DNA from: Candidatus Marinacidobacterium sp.
GTDB lineage: Bacteria > Acidobacteriota > Vicinamibacteria > Marinacidobacterales > Marinacidobacteraceae
Assembly (NCBI GenBank): GCA_965220965.1
Contig: CBDCRI010000001.1
Location: 1-64,000, forward strand
Length of the DNA stretch: 64,000 nt
Reading direction: 5' to 3'
The position numbers and the translations under genes were made by a program. Positions 8,192-17,479 of the stretch are shown here, piece after piece. The notes below the pieces were generated by a model, which saw only the letters and a program-made list of their open reading frames with translations, was not told the origin of the DNA and did not search any database. The stretch's first letter is position 1, and the number at the start of each line of letters is the position of its first letter.

Positions 8192-11100
8192 TCAGCGCCG
8201 CTGGGCGCCTCCCTTCGGCCGGGCCTTGCGCCCGTCGCGCCACAGCACGTCCTCGTGCCCCATCGGCGATCCCGCCAGCCCCAGCCGCGTCGCCGGGGTC
8301 CGGCCGTCCTCCCCGACGCGGATGAAGTTGTGGACCGTGCGGAACAGCGTCAGGTAAGCCTCCAGCATGGCCGGGTCATGGGGCGCGACGGCGCCCGACG
8401 CCTCCGCCGGGGCGTTGAGCGCGCTGAACGCCCGCCGCGCCTCGGCGAAGGCGGCCTCGACGCCGGCCGTGCCGGCGCCAAGGTGCAGGTCCGCCTCGCG
8501 CCCGACCCCGACGTCGTCGCGCGGGGTGATCCAGCAGACCTCCTTGCCGGCCTCCGACAAGGAGGCGGGCAAGGGGTGCGCGATCCACGGCCCGTCCCCG
8601 CGTCCTTCGGGCCGTCCGGCGGCCCCGAGGCGCTCGGCCAGCAGCAGCCTGGCCGCGGCCCGGTCCCCGTCCGCGCCGCCGTTGCGCTCGCCGGGCGGCA
8701 GCAGCGCCCTCCACTCGGCCAGCTCGCGGGCCGCCTGCGCGTTGCGCTCGCCGCGCTCGGCGTCCGTCTCGCAGGGCGCGTGGCGGACGAGGAAGGCGTG
8801 CGCGCCGCCGTCGCGGACGGCCTCGGCGAAGGCTGCGAGGAAGGCTGAGCGCAGCATGGGATTGACCCCAAGGCCGACCTGCAGGCGGCGCACGCCCGCC
8901 CCCTCCAGCATGCGGCGCAGCAGCAGCCAGTGGGCGTGGGCGGTGTAGGGCAGGTGCACCTGCACGCCGCGCGCCAGCTTCGGCAGGGCGCCGCCGTCGG
9001 GGAGCCCGACGCCCTCGACGTCGCCGGGCCGCTCCGCCCGGACGTACTGGGCCTCGATCCAGCGCAGCAGCGCCTCGCGGTCCGCCTTGGCGGCCCTGGC
9101 CCCGAGCTTGCGGCCCGACCCCAGCTCGTCGCCGACCAGCCAGTGGCGGGCGTGCCTGCGGAACGGCTCGGGCAGGCGGTAGTCGCCGGAGCGGGCGGCG
9201 TCGCGCTGCACGGCGAAGGGGTCGGCGCCGGCGTCGAAGTTGACCGACAGCGCCAGGATGTAGCCGCTTTCGGGCTCCACCGCGCCGCAGGCGGTCAGCA
9301 CGGCGTTGCGGCCGTCGAGACGGGGGCTCCAGTGCACCGAGTGCTCCTGGGTGGCCGCCTCGACCTGCAGCTCCTCGGGAAGCCGCAGCCGGCCGTCGAT
9401 GAGCGCCCGGTCCACGGCGCCGGCGTGGGACCGGCAGCGGCGGTGGATGAAGCGCAGCACGGCGTAGTAGCCGTTGGGCGAGCCGACGTCGAGCTCGCGC
9501 AGCGCGGCGCGCACCGGAGCCCGGTTCGCGACCAGGCGGAAGACGTCGGCCGCCAGGTCCTTGTTGCGGCCGTGCAGGCGCACCGGATCGGAGACCGAGA
9601 AGCGGCGCCCGCAGACGACGCAGCGGTAGCGCCAGCCCTCGCCGTCCGGCGTCCTCCCCTGCCGACGGTAGGCGCCCTTGCGGTGGCGGGCGATCGGGCG
9701 TCCGTGGTTCGCGCAGTTCGGGTTGGGGCAGGAGGCGGTCTCCTCAAGGGTCAGCAGTCCGCCCGACTCGGCCAGCCGGACGGCCTCCTCGACGATGCCG
9801 CGGTTGCTCTTCAACGGCGGGTTGCCGCCGCACGACTTGCACTTGATGGACGGCGAGCGCCCCTTGTTGGTGCTGTGCAGCTTGTAAAGCGCGTCGCGCC
9901 CCGGCGACGGCCCGGGCCTTTGCGGCTCGTGGCGGGCGGGCACGCCGAAGTTGGCGCAGGCCGGGGTCCGGCAGTGGTTGACCTGGACGGACGCCGGCGC
10001 GCCGAAGAGGTCAAGGCCCGCCGGCCGCGGCACCCGGTCGCCCTTCCGGGCGGCGGCCGCCGGGGGACCGCCGGCTTTGGCGGGCTTCGCCGTCCGTCCG
10101 CCGCGCCGGGCGGGCGCGCCCCCCGGGGGCCAGGCGCGCTCCGGCCAGGCCCCGGCCGGCGTTGCCCCCAAGGCGTCCTTGGCGTGCGGGTCGGCCCCCG
10201 CCTTGACCAGCTCGTCGGCGGCCGCGCCCCAGCGGCCCTCGGCCGCGAGGTGCAGCGCCGTCCGTCCCATGGCGTCGACCCGTCGCACGGCGGCCGGATC
10301 GGCGCGCAGGGCCGCCCGCACGCGCCCCGGGTCGCCCGCGGCGGCCTCCAGGTGCAGGGGCAGGCCGTCGGCCGCCGCGAGGGAGTCGAGCCCGGGCACC
10401 GGGCAGGACCAAGCGCCAAGGCCAGCCCCGCGCGGGTCGGGGGCCTGCTGCAGGAACCCGGCGGCCACGAGCTCACGGCGCCAGGCCCCCTCCTCCCCGA
10501 AGGCGGACCGGATCGTCTCGGCCAGCCCGGCGCGCGACTGCGGCCCGGCGGCGCGCAGGCGGGCCATGAGGCGGGCGACGCCGGCGCGGCCCTGCCAGAT
10601 GAGGCCGCCCTCATGCCCGAACATGCGGGCGTGGCGGCGCAGCCGGCGCCGGGCGGCGGCCATGCGGACGGCATCGAGGCCGACGCCCGAGAGGCTGCGG
10701 GGACGGGGCAGTTCGGCCAGGGCGCCCGCCAAGGGGGCCAGGAAGTCGTGGACGTGCATGGGCCAGCCTTGGGCGTCGTGCCGCAGGGCGGCCTGCCAAA
10801 GGGCGAGCTCATCCGTCCCGGCGCGCACCCCGAAGTCCGCCAGCCAGCCCTCGAGCAGCGCATCGCTCTCGACGGGCTCCAGGCCCGCAAGGACGTGGAA
10901 GCACTCCGGCCCGGCGAAGGGGCCCAGGCCGATGCCCTCCCGCCCGAAGCGCTGCCGCAGGTCGCCGCGGCCGGCGAAGACCGGCAGCACGGGGAGGGCG
11001 TGGGGGCCGCGGTGCAGCGCGCGCATCGCATGTGCCGCGGGCGATCCAGGGTCCGCCAAGTGCGCGTCGTCGACCAGCGCCAGCACCACGCCTTGGAACG

Positions 11101-11584
11101 GGGGGTTGAGGGCCGGGCCGCCGCCGGACGCCTCGCCGTCCAGCGGCCGGGCGACGGCCCTGGCGATGGCTGCGCGATGGCCCGCCGGGCCGGCGGAGGG
11201 CAGCTGGGCGGCGATGCGCCCGGCGATGCCGCGGGGCCGCGATAGGTCGTCCACCGAGAGGCGGACCGGGAGGCGCGGGGTTGCGTCGGGGGATTCGCCC
11301 TGCCCCGCCCGCTCGCCGATGTGCCCAAGCAATGCGGTCTTGCCCGCTCCGGGGGCGCCCTGCACCACGCGGGCCATCGCGTGCGCTTGTGGCGCGCCGC
11401 CCGCCTCCAGCCAGCGGGCGCGGACGCGCTCGGCGGCCCGGAGGACGTCGGAGACGACCGCCCCGCGCCCGGCGAGGAACGGCGGCGCAACGCCGTCGCC
11501 GGCCTCGCTGAACGCGACCAGGCGCCGGCGCTGGCCGCCGCCGTCGATCGGTCCGCGTCCTCCTGAGGCGCCGGAGCCGCTCAA
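8192..11584 (-). CDS. Fusion protein: P-loop (AAA/STAND-like) ATPase, ankyrin repeats, and Zn-finger/transposase-like domain
   Basis: Walker A VVQGAPGAGKT; Walker B-like LALVDDAH; ankyrin motifs GLPLHLEAAAG and GRTALHLAAEGR..GADPHAKDALGATP; four Cys clusters (CRTPAC, CKSC, CPNPNC, CVVC); C-terminal TPATRLGLA typical of IS-type transposases. TTG start overlaps the upstream stop (TTGA). Confidence 0.75.
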   Translation of the reverse strand: MSGSGASGGRGPIDGGGQRRRLVAFSEAGDGVAPPFLAGRGAVVSDVLRAAERVRARWLEAGGAPQAHAMARVVQGAPGAGKTALLGHIGERAGQGESPDATPRLPVRLSVDDLSRPRGIAGRIAAQLPSAGPAGHRAAIARAVARPLDGEASGGGPALNPPFQGVVLALVDDAHLADPGSPAAHAMRALHRGPHALPVLPVFAGRGDLRQRFGREGIGLGPFAGPECFHVLAGLEPVESDALLEGWLADFGVRAGTDELALWQAALRHDAQGWPMHVHDFLAPLAGALAELPRPRSLSGVGLDAVRMAAARRRLRRHARMFGHEGGLIWQGRAGVARLMARLRAAGPQSRAGLAETIRSAFGEEGAWRRELVAAGFLQQAPDPRGAGLGAWSCPVPGLDSLAAADGLPLHLEAAAGDPGRVRAALRADPAAVRRVDAMGRTALHLAAEGRWGAAADELVKAGADPHAKDALGATPAGAWPERAWPPGGAPARRGGRTAKPAKAGGPPAAAARKGDRVPRPAGLDLFGAPASVQVNHCRTPACANFGVPARHEPQRPGPSPGRDALYKLHSTNKGRSPSIKCKSCGGNPPLKSNRGIVEEAVRLAESGGLLTLEETASCPNPNCANHGRPIARHRKGAYRRQGRTPDGEGWRYRCVVCGRRFSVSDPVRLHGRNKDLAADVFRLVANRAPVRAALRELDVGSPNGYYAVLRFIHRRCRSHAGAVDRALIDGRLRLPEELQVEAATQEHSVHWSPRLDGRNAVLTACGAVEPESGYILALSVNFDAGADPFAVQRDAARSGDYRLPEPFRRHARHWLVGDELGSGRKLGARAAKADREALLRWIEAQYVRAERPGDVEGVGLPDGGALPKLARGVQVHLPYTAHAHWLLLRRMLEGAGVRRLQVGLGVNPMLRSAFLAAFAEAVRDGGAHAFLVRHAPCETDAERGERNAQAARELAEWRALLPPGERNGGADGDRAAARLLLAERLGAAGRPEGRGDGPWIAHPLPASLSEAGKEVCWITPRDDVGVGREADLHLGAGTAGVEAAFAEARRAFSALNAPAEASGAVAPHDPAMLEAYLTLFRTVHNFIRVGEDGRTPATRLGLAGSPMGHEDVLWRDGRKARPKGGAQRR

Positions 11585-11817
11585 GGCGCCCAAGCCCGCG
11601 TCGGCCAGAGCGCGGCGTGCAGGCAGCCCCAAGCGTAGCCGTGCCAGAACTCGGGGTCGTCGGCCCCGCGCCCCAAGCACTCCAGTTCGGCGCGGCGCGG
11701 CGACTCGCCGTCCGCGGCGTAGCGGAACCCCGAGGCGAATGCGCGCGAATGCTCCGCCAGCGGCGCATCGGCCGCGCAAGGCCTGGCCGTCGCCCCGCCG
11801 TCAATCAGGCCCTTCAC
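11581..11817 (-). CDS. Small hypothetical protein
   Basis: GTG start overlaps the upstream stop (GTGA), and its own stop overlaps the next start, suggesting translational coupling. Confidence 0.5.
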   Translation of the reverse strand: MKGLIDGGATARPCAADAPLAEHSRAFASGFRYAADGESPRRAELECLGRGADDPEFWHGYAWGCLHAALWPTRAWAP

Positions 11818-12167
11818 GGGCCGATGGCCGAGTAGTAGCCCTCGGCTGTGACCGTGCACCAGCCGTCCTCCTCCTCGCTGAATGCGGGCTTCGAGCCGTT
11901 GTGGAACTCGATCGCCGCCGCGATGGCGTTGCGGTTGCGCCACAGCACCTTGGCGCGGATCGGGGCCTTCCAGTTGTCCGGGTCGGCCACCAGGAGGAAG
12001 GCCTGGCGGAGGTGCGCCACCGTGAAGGTGCCGTAGCGGGTCTCGACCTTCCGCTTGGCGAAGGCCCTTTCCTGCTCTTCCAGCTCGGCTTGGATGCCCT
12101 CCATGATCCCCGTCGCGCCCCCTCCCAAGCGCGCCTTGCCCGACACGGCCCTGCCGCCCTTCTCCAT
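11814..12167 (-). CDS. Small hypothetical protein (phage/plasmid type)
   Basis: Protein-like composition (AFLLVADPDNWKAPIRA..AIEFHNG..VTAEGYY), RBS GGAGG, upstream TGGTATAAT. Confidence 0.7.
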   Translation of the reverse strand: MEKGGRAVSGKARLGGGATGIMEGIQAELEEQERAFAKRKVETRYGTFTVAHLRQAFLLVADPDNWKAPIRAKVLWRNRNAIAAAIEFHNGSKPAFSEEEDGWCTVTAEGYYSAIGP

Positions 12168-12230
12168 GCCTCCAACGCCTCCGGCTGGTTCAATCGACTC
12201 CCCGCGGCCCGTCCGGGGGATTGCACATGT

Positions 12231-12239
12231 ATTATACCA
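12231..12239 (-). promoter_or_regulatory. Extended -10 promoter TGGTATAAT
   Basis: Perfect TGnTATAAT about 65 bp upstream of the 12167 start in otherwise GC-rich DNA. The same 13-mer (tattataccatag) occurs at 31587. Confidence 0.7.
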
Positions 12240-12282
12240 TAGACGATGCCGCCGGGCCGGGCCGGGGACGCGCAAGGCAGGG

Positions 12283-12499
12283 TCAGCCGCCGTCGCCGCG
12301 GCGTTCGCCCGCGCGCCGGCCGGCCGGCCCCTCCGCGGGCGGCGGCGGGGGGGCGCAGCACGACCTCGCGGCCGTCGGGGAAGACCTCGACCACCGCGCC
12401 GTCGGCTCGGCCGACGATGGCGCTCAGGCCCAGCTGCAGCCGCCGGGCCGCCGGGTTGACCCCGCGGGTGCGGGCGATGCCCTCCCCGTCAGGCTTCAT
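12283..12499 (-). CDS. Possible small hypothetical protein (3' end uncertain, possible homopolymer frameshift)
   Basis: The first ~50 aa (AARRLQLGLSAIVGRADGAVVEVFPDGREVVL) look protein-like. The frame becomes low-complexity after a G-run at ~12347-12353. Confidence 0.3.
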
Positions 12500-12573
12500 C
12501 GGCGAGCGCCTTCAAGCCGGCGGCCGGCAGGTCCGGCGAGGGGGCCCGTCGCCATGGGGTGCGTGTGAGGCCA

Positions 12574-13518
12574 TCAAGGGCGTCCGCGCCATCCCGCCGC
12601 TGCGGCCCTGCGCGTTATGGCGTCAACGCGCCGCCGCTCCGTGAGCTTGGCCTGCGACCCCGCCAAAAGGGGCCGGACCGCATCGACGCAAGCCTGCGAC
12701 CGGCTTGACTTCCAGGTTCGCAACGCCGAGTCGGCGCATGCAACGAAGGTCCCTGAATTCCCCATGCCGTCGACAAACCCCTCCACGATCCCGTCAAGGC
12801 GGCTGGCGGCCACGTCGCGTACGGGCATCGCCGCCAGCAGAGCGGCCTTGAGGGAGAATTCGTCGCCCGGCCCAATTCCGTCGTTGGCCTCGCGTTCGGG
12901 AGCCGCGTCGGCCGCGATGGCCTGCACGAAGTCGTCGGCCTCTTGGAGCAAGTCGCCGTTCAGGGCATGGGCTTCTCGGCACCAGCGGTTCGACTTCGTT
13001 CGCTTGACCGGGCTTCGCTTCCTTGAAACAAGCAAGTGGAGGTCGCTGACGATGGCTTCGCCAATGATTGCACGGTCGCCCCAATGGCCAAGCCTCGGCT
13101 GTCCGCGGAAGCAGAAGCCCGGGATTCCAGTGGCGATTGCCAACGCCTTGCCGCGCTCCGCCTCAGTCAGCGTGCGCAGGGAGAGCGCGGATGCGCCCTC
13201 CGCAGGCGCCTGCCCTGATGCCTGCGCGTCAATTTCCGAACGGACCCAATCCTTGAGGCCCTCGCCAGCGGCTTGGGCAATGCGGCCCTTGTCGCCGTCG
13301 GGGTAACGGCGCATCTGGCGCCGATCCTGCCGCTTGAGGGCCTTAAACCAATGGTGGGTGACGCGGAGGGAAAAAAAGTCGCTCATCTCGCGCGCAACTG
13401 CGGGGAGCACGACCGCCCTGCCCCCGCCCAACTCGCATGCGGCCATGATGAAGCGCCGGTCGAAGGAGTCGAACAGCGTGGAGGAATCCCAAGCCACGCC
13501 GTTCCAATCCAGGCGCAT
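12574..13518 (-). CDS. PIN-like domain protein (putative toxin/RNase)
   Basis: N-terminal VAWDSSTL, VVLPAVAREM and GDRAIIGEA..LLVS give a PIN-type acidic-residue pattern. TGATG coupling to the small upstream gene. Confidence 0.55.
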   Translation of the reverse strand: MRLDWNGVAWDSSTLFDSFDRRFIMAACELGGGRAVVLPAVAREMSDFFSLRVTHHWFKALKRQDRRQMRRYPDGDKGRIAQAAGEGLKDWVRSEIDAQASGQAPAEGASALSLRTLTEAERGKALAIATGIPGFCFRGQPRLGHWGDRAIIGEAIVSDLHLLVSRKRSPVKRTKSNRWCREAHALNGDLLQEADDFVQAIAADAAPEREANDGIGPGDEFSLKAALLAAMPVRDVAASRLDGIVEGFVDGMGNSGTFVACADSALRTWKSSRSQACVDAVRPLLAGSQAKLTERRRVDAITRRAAAAGWRGRP

Positions 13519-13763
13519 CAGACGAACTCGACGTCACTGAACGTCTTGGCGCGGCGCAGCCGCTCCCGCCCTTGGGGCGTTCTGCGGGGGCGGCGAACCT
13601 TGAGCGCCAAGGGCTCCGGCTCAACGGGCTGCCTGGCGAGGCGGGCCTCGTGCTCCGCCGCCACACGCATCAGGCGCGCAGCCTCCTCCGCGCCCTCGGC
13701 CTTGGCCAATGACGCCTCGACGTGGGCCCGCCTTCTGGCTTCGGTCTCCCTGGCGACGGACAT
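13518..13763 (-). CDS. Small protein, putative antitoxin of the PIN-like gene
   Basis: 81 aa; its stop overlaps the PIN start; RBS GGGAG; TGCTACAAT upstream. Confidence 0.55.
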   Translation of the reverse strand: MSVARETEARRRAHVEASLAKAEGAEEAARLMRVAAEHEARLARQPVEPEPLALKVRRPRRTPQGRERLRRAKTFSDVEFV

Positions 13764-13805
13764 GCCTGCATCTCCCGGTGTTGGCGCCCTTGGGCCATGC
13801 CGGCA

Positions 13806-13814
13806 ATTGTAGCA
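13806..13814 (-). promoter_or_regulatory. Extended -10 promoter TGCTACAAT
   Basis: TGn-TACAAT about 43 bp upstream of the 13763 start. Confidence 0.55.
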
Positions 13815-13848
13815 GCGGGACGGGCGACTGCGTACCGGCCCGCGTGCG

Positions 13849-14388
13849 TCAAGGGTGCAGGGCGCGAACGTCCTCGGCGGCCGGTCGAGCAGGCGGGCCG
13901 TGGCCCGGACGGCCCTCCGGCGCCGGGAGCAAGCCGGCCGCGCAGCCGCCGGGAACGTGCTGGGCCTGGCGCTTGAACGCCTCCAGCCAGCGAAGCTCGC
14001 TTCCCTTCGCGTGCCGCCAGGACTGCGGGGGACGGAATTCCGGCAGCTCCCGCCGAATCGCCGCGAGCGAAACCGGTGCGTCATGCTCCCAGACGCGGGA
14101 CACGCGCAAGGCGCAAGCCACGCTGGAGCCGCTGTAGTAGGCATCGTACTCAGCGCGCCCCACCCCGGCCTTTGCCGCCACCCGCAGCCACAGGCCCTCC
14201 GGCGTGCCGTTCCAGACCTCATCCACCCGAAGGCCGCCCCAGAGCCTGCGCACCGGACTGGAAACGTACACGAACGCCTCGCGCCCCTTAAGGCCCGTGG
14301 TGAATCGCCGCCGCAGCTCCACGGTCTTGACCCCCATGAACAGCATGTTCGCGTAGCGGGGCTTCATGGAGATCAGGAGAGGCGTCAT
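13849..14388 (-). CDS. ASCH/PUA-like domain protein
   Basis: LLISMKPRYANMLFMGVKTVELRR, VYVSSPV and FRPPQSW are the ASCH signature. Confidence 0.85.
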   Translation of the reverse strand: MTPLLISMKPRYANMLFMGVKTVELRRRFTTGLKGREAFVYVSSPVRRLWGGLRVDEVWNGTPEGLWLRVAAKAGVGRAEYDAYYSGSSVACALRVSRVWEHDAPVSLAAIRRELPEFRPPQSWRHAKGSELRWLEAFKRQAQHVPGGCAAGLLPAPEGRPGHGPPARPAAEDVRALHP

Positions 14389-14599
14389 GCCAATCCCCTC
14401 AAGGGGCTTGCGAGCCCGTTCGGATTCCCGAGCGGCGCGTCCCGGCATGGGGCCGGCGTGGGGGCTTCGGGGACGGGGGCCGATGGGGCGGCGCTGCAAA
14501 GCCAAGCCTCCCCGCCGCCCAGCCTCGCGAGGCCGGTCGCGTAAAGCTCGATGCGCATCACCCTGCCCCGTCGCTGCCGTGCGCGCATTCTAGCAGGGC

Positions 14600-16100
14600 C
14601 AAGGCAACGGGAGCCGTGACGGGACGAAGCGAGGATTGCGCCCTCCCCCGCTCCGGGACGCTGTCGGCAAGGCGGCGGGGGGGGCTGAAGCGCCGCGCAG
14701 TGGTGTCTCGACGGTTGCGGACGGCCACCGGTCCTGCCCCGATGGGGGGGGGAGTTCCGACGGAGCCCGGCGTGCCGTCACGGCGTGGAGGCAAGCTGGC
14801 GTGGCTGCGCCTAGGAATGGTTGCGCCGCAGCGGCACCACGGCGCAGCGCATCGGGGTGTGGGCGGTTAGCGGGATCGAAAAGCGGACGGCGTGCCGTTA
14901 GAGCATTCTGGCGTCGTGCCGACCTCATGTTTTCATGTTGAGCCGAGGTCGCGTGCGGACGTGCTGCCATACCATTGGCATGCCGTGATGCCGATGCGGA
15001 TATGTGACGGCATTACGTCACAAAGCACCGGCGGTGCGCCGTTAACGCAAATCGACGTGTCGCTTTAAGGAAATAGCCTAGGGGCACCGCGGCGCCGCGC
15101 ATGCGATGTTGCGGCGCCACGGTGAGCCGTCGGAGTGAGGCACCGTCGGCACAGCAGGCCTTGTTCCAGTGTTGAAGGCTACGCTTGACTGCGTAGCCAC
15201 GGTGTCGCGTGGCAGTGGCGCGACGCAACACCGGTAGAACGTCGGAGCGCGACTGTGTGGGGACGGCGTGCTGCTTCGACGCGTTGACGTAGCCGCACGC
15301 AGGCTGCTCCGCCCACGTTGCTTCCGCGACCACCCGTGGCGGAGCCTTCACGCAATGGACAGTCCGGCGCAAGGAACCGGGCACTGGAGCCCTCCCGGAG
15401 ATCCGCCCATGGCGGGGCGAGCGCCAGCGGGGATCTCGAGCCGGGAGCGTGCGGACTTTGCGAGCTTCGGAGGCCATTCGGCGGGGGCCGGCGAAGCGAG
15501 CGCGCCGCACGACGCGCCGACGCGGAAGCCTCCCCCTTCAGGAAGCGCTTCAGGCACGGTCCCAGGGCAGCGCCAGGGCTCGCTTGAGCAAAGCCCTTCG
15601 CAGTTCGGGCTGGCCTTCGAACGCCGTCCCACGGCAAGCGGTGCTGACGTGCGTGAGCGCGGCCAGCAGGCCGCCATCACAGCGTGACGGGCGGGCGTGG
15701 TGTCGGCAACATGGGCCGGCGGACGGGCGGGGGTTGTGGAGCTGCGGGGCGTGGAGGCATCGAAGACGCGGGAGGGCGGCACCGCGTTGCGCCGATGGTC
15801 GGAACCGCCCTACCCGCCCGACATCGCGGATGGGTCCATGCGAGCGTTGCCGGTGCCGTTGCGGCTTCAAGTGCACAATGCGCTTTGAAGGCCTGCCGGC
15901 ATCACGACCGCGCTCTGTGACGGGGATGCGTGCATGTTTGAAGTTAAATGCGCGTCGGCGTTGATTGGCGTCGTGGGTGGCAGACGCTGCGACGGCGTGC
16001 CGTGATGGCCCTTTCACGTCACAGCGTCAGCACGGTGCAGCCGGTTTGCGGCCTTCTTGGATACGCGCCCAATTCGAAGGACGGCGCACCGTCGCGCTGT
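14600..16100. repeat. Apparently non-coding tract with dispersed ACGGC-GT-GCCGT and TGACG motifs
   Basis: ACGGCGTGCCGT at 14887 and 15992, CGGCGTGCCGT at 14768, a variant at 15263, many TGACG/CGTCA pentamers. No credible ORF. Confidence 0.45.
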
Positions 16101-16269
16101 TCAAGGTAGGCTCAGTCCCCCCGACGACGGCATTGGCTGACTGCGCGGACGCAGAATGCGCCATCGGAGCTCCGCCCTGTGAAATCGCCCCTGCGAGCCC
16201 GGGACGGGCGGACCAGTCCAATGCGAGCACGCCCCTTGCGGATGATGGGCTATACTCCCGCACCAAGCT

Positions 16270-16689
16270 TTGTCCCTGGGACGGCACGTCATGGAGACCC
16301 CCGAAGAGGCCGAACGTTGGCGCAGGCGAGTCGTCGGCTTCGCCCTGCGCAAGCACTTGGCGGGCTGCCCGACCAAGATCAGCGTGCAGGACTTCATCGA
16401 CTGGTCCAATTCGGGTGGGGCGCCTGACATCGAGCGGCTGGCCGCTTTGCGCGAGGCGCTTTGCAGCATGAACGCCATTGAGGCGCGAGCGCTGCTGTTC
16501 CTGCCGGGCACGGACGTGCAGCGCAACGCCGAGTTGGTCGTCTTGAGCGGCGCCGACACGGGCCGCATGTGGAACGGAATGCTGACCGCGATGTGCCCGG
16601 ACCTCAAGGTGGCGGAAATTCGGCCGAGCGTCGTCTGGGACAAGAACCTGGTCATTGACCACATGGTGCCGTCCGGCCTTGGCGGCTGA
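16270..16689 (+). CDS. Hypothetical protein, partner of AbiEii-like gene (start uncertain, possibly ATG 16291)
   Basis: ALRKHLAGCPTKISVQDF resembles FLHKHCAGLAHDLRITVADF in 20516..21160. Overlaps the AbiEii-like gene. Confidence 0.6.
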   Translation: MSLGRHVMETPEEAERWRRRVVGFALRKHLAGCPTKISVQDFIDWSNSGGAPDIERLAALREALCSMNAIEARALLFLPGTDVQRNAELVVLSGADTGRMWNGMLTAMCPDLKVAEIRPSVVWDKNLVIDHMVPSGLGG

Positions 16690-17461
16690 GCGCGCAGCGG
16701 CGCACGCGCTGCAAGGGCAGGTCGGCGCCGCGCTAGGCCGAGCGGATGCCGCGATCAGGGCGCTCAGCGGGAAGCGTCCACCGTCACTGTCGCTTGGGGG
16801 AGGCACCGCGCTGGCCTTGCGCTGGCAGCACAGGCTTAGCACGGATGTGGACATGTTCATCGATTTCGGCGAAGGGCGGGCATTCCTTGCCGCGCACGGG
16901 GCCGCCTTGAAAGAGCAACTGCTGGCGGACCCGCTGGTCGCCGATGACGTCAGGACCTTGCAGGAGGGAGCAAGCTGGACCTACCTAAACATGGCTCCCG
17001 TTAGCCTTGCGCCCTGTATCATTCGCTATCCGGATTGGAGCCCCGCGATTGAATCGCGCACAGGCATGCCCCTGCTGCCTGTCGCCCAAACACTGCACGG
17101 CAAACTGATAGGCCGGATGCTCCACCATGGCCAGACGCTCTCCCGGGATGCCTACGACTTGGCTTGCGCGCGCTTGTGCGCACCGATCGAGCTGCGCGAA
17201 GTTGCCGCAACGGCAATGGCGGGATACCCGGAAGAGCTTGCCGACCTTCAGCATGCCTTGGACCGACTCTCCGAGTCGGGCCGCGTCTTAGGCAGGGAGA
17301 TCATCGATCCGCACTATGCAAAGATCGCGAAAAATCCCTGGCGGCCCTTGTCCGAATGGGTGAAGGATCTCGTAACCTCAGCAAACCGCAAGAAATCGCC
17401 GGACCACAGGCCGCCCACCGAACGCGAAGGACCCCGACCTCCTGAACCACCCACCTCGTAG
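16655..17461 (+). CDS. AbiEii-family nucleotidyltransferase
   Basis: LGGGTALALRWQHRLSTDVDMF plus K..GR...RDAYD motifs. Confidence 0.85.
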   Translation: MTTWCRPALAAERAAAHALQGQVGAALGRADAAIRALSGKRPPSLSLGGGTALALRWQHRLSTDVDMFIDFGEGRAFLAAHGAALKEQLLADPLVADDVRTLQEGASWTYLNMAPVSLAPCIIRYPDWSPAIESRTGMPLLPVAQTLHGKLIGRMLHHGQTLSRDAYDLACARLCAPIELREVAATAMAGYPEELADLQHALDRLSESGRVLGREIIDPHYAKIAKNPWRPLSEWVKDLVTSANRKKSPDHRPPTEREGPRPPEPPTS

Positions 17462-17479
17462 GGCCGAGCCACATGAGAA

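Noticed and set aside
8192-10050. Active insertion sequence
   Set aside because: Fused in frame to upstream domains, no terminal inverted repeats or target duplication found, and catalytic residues look degenerate.
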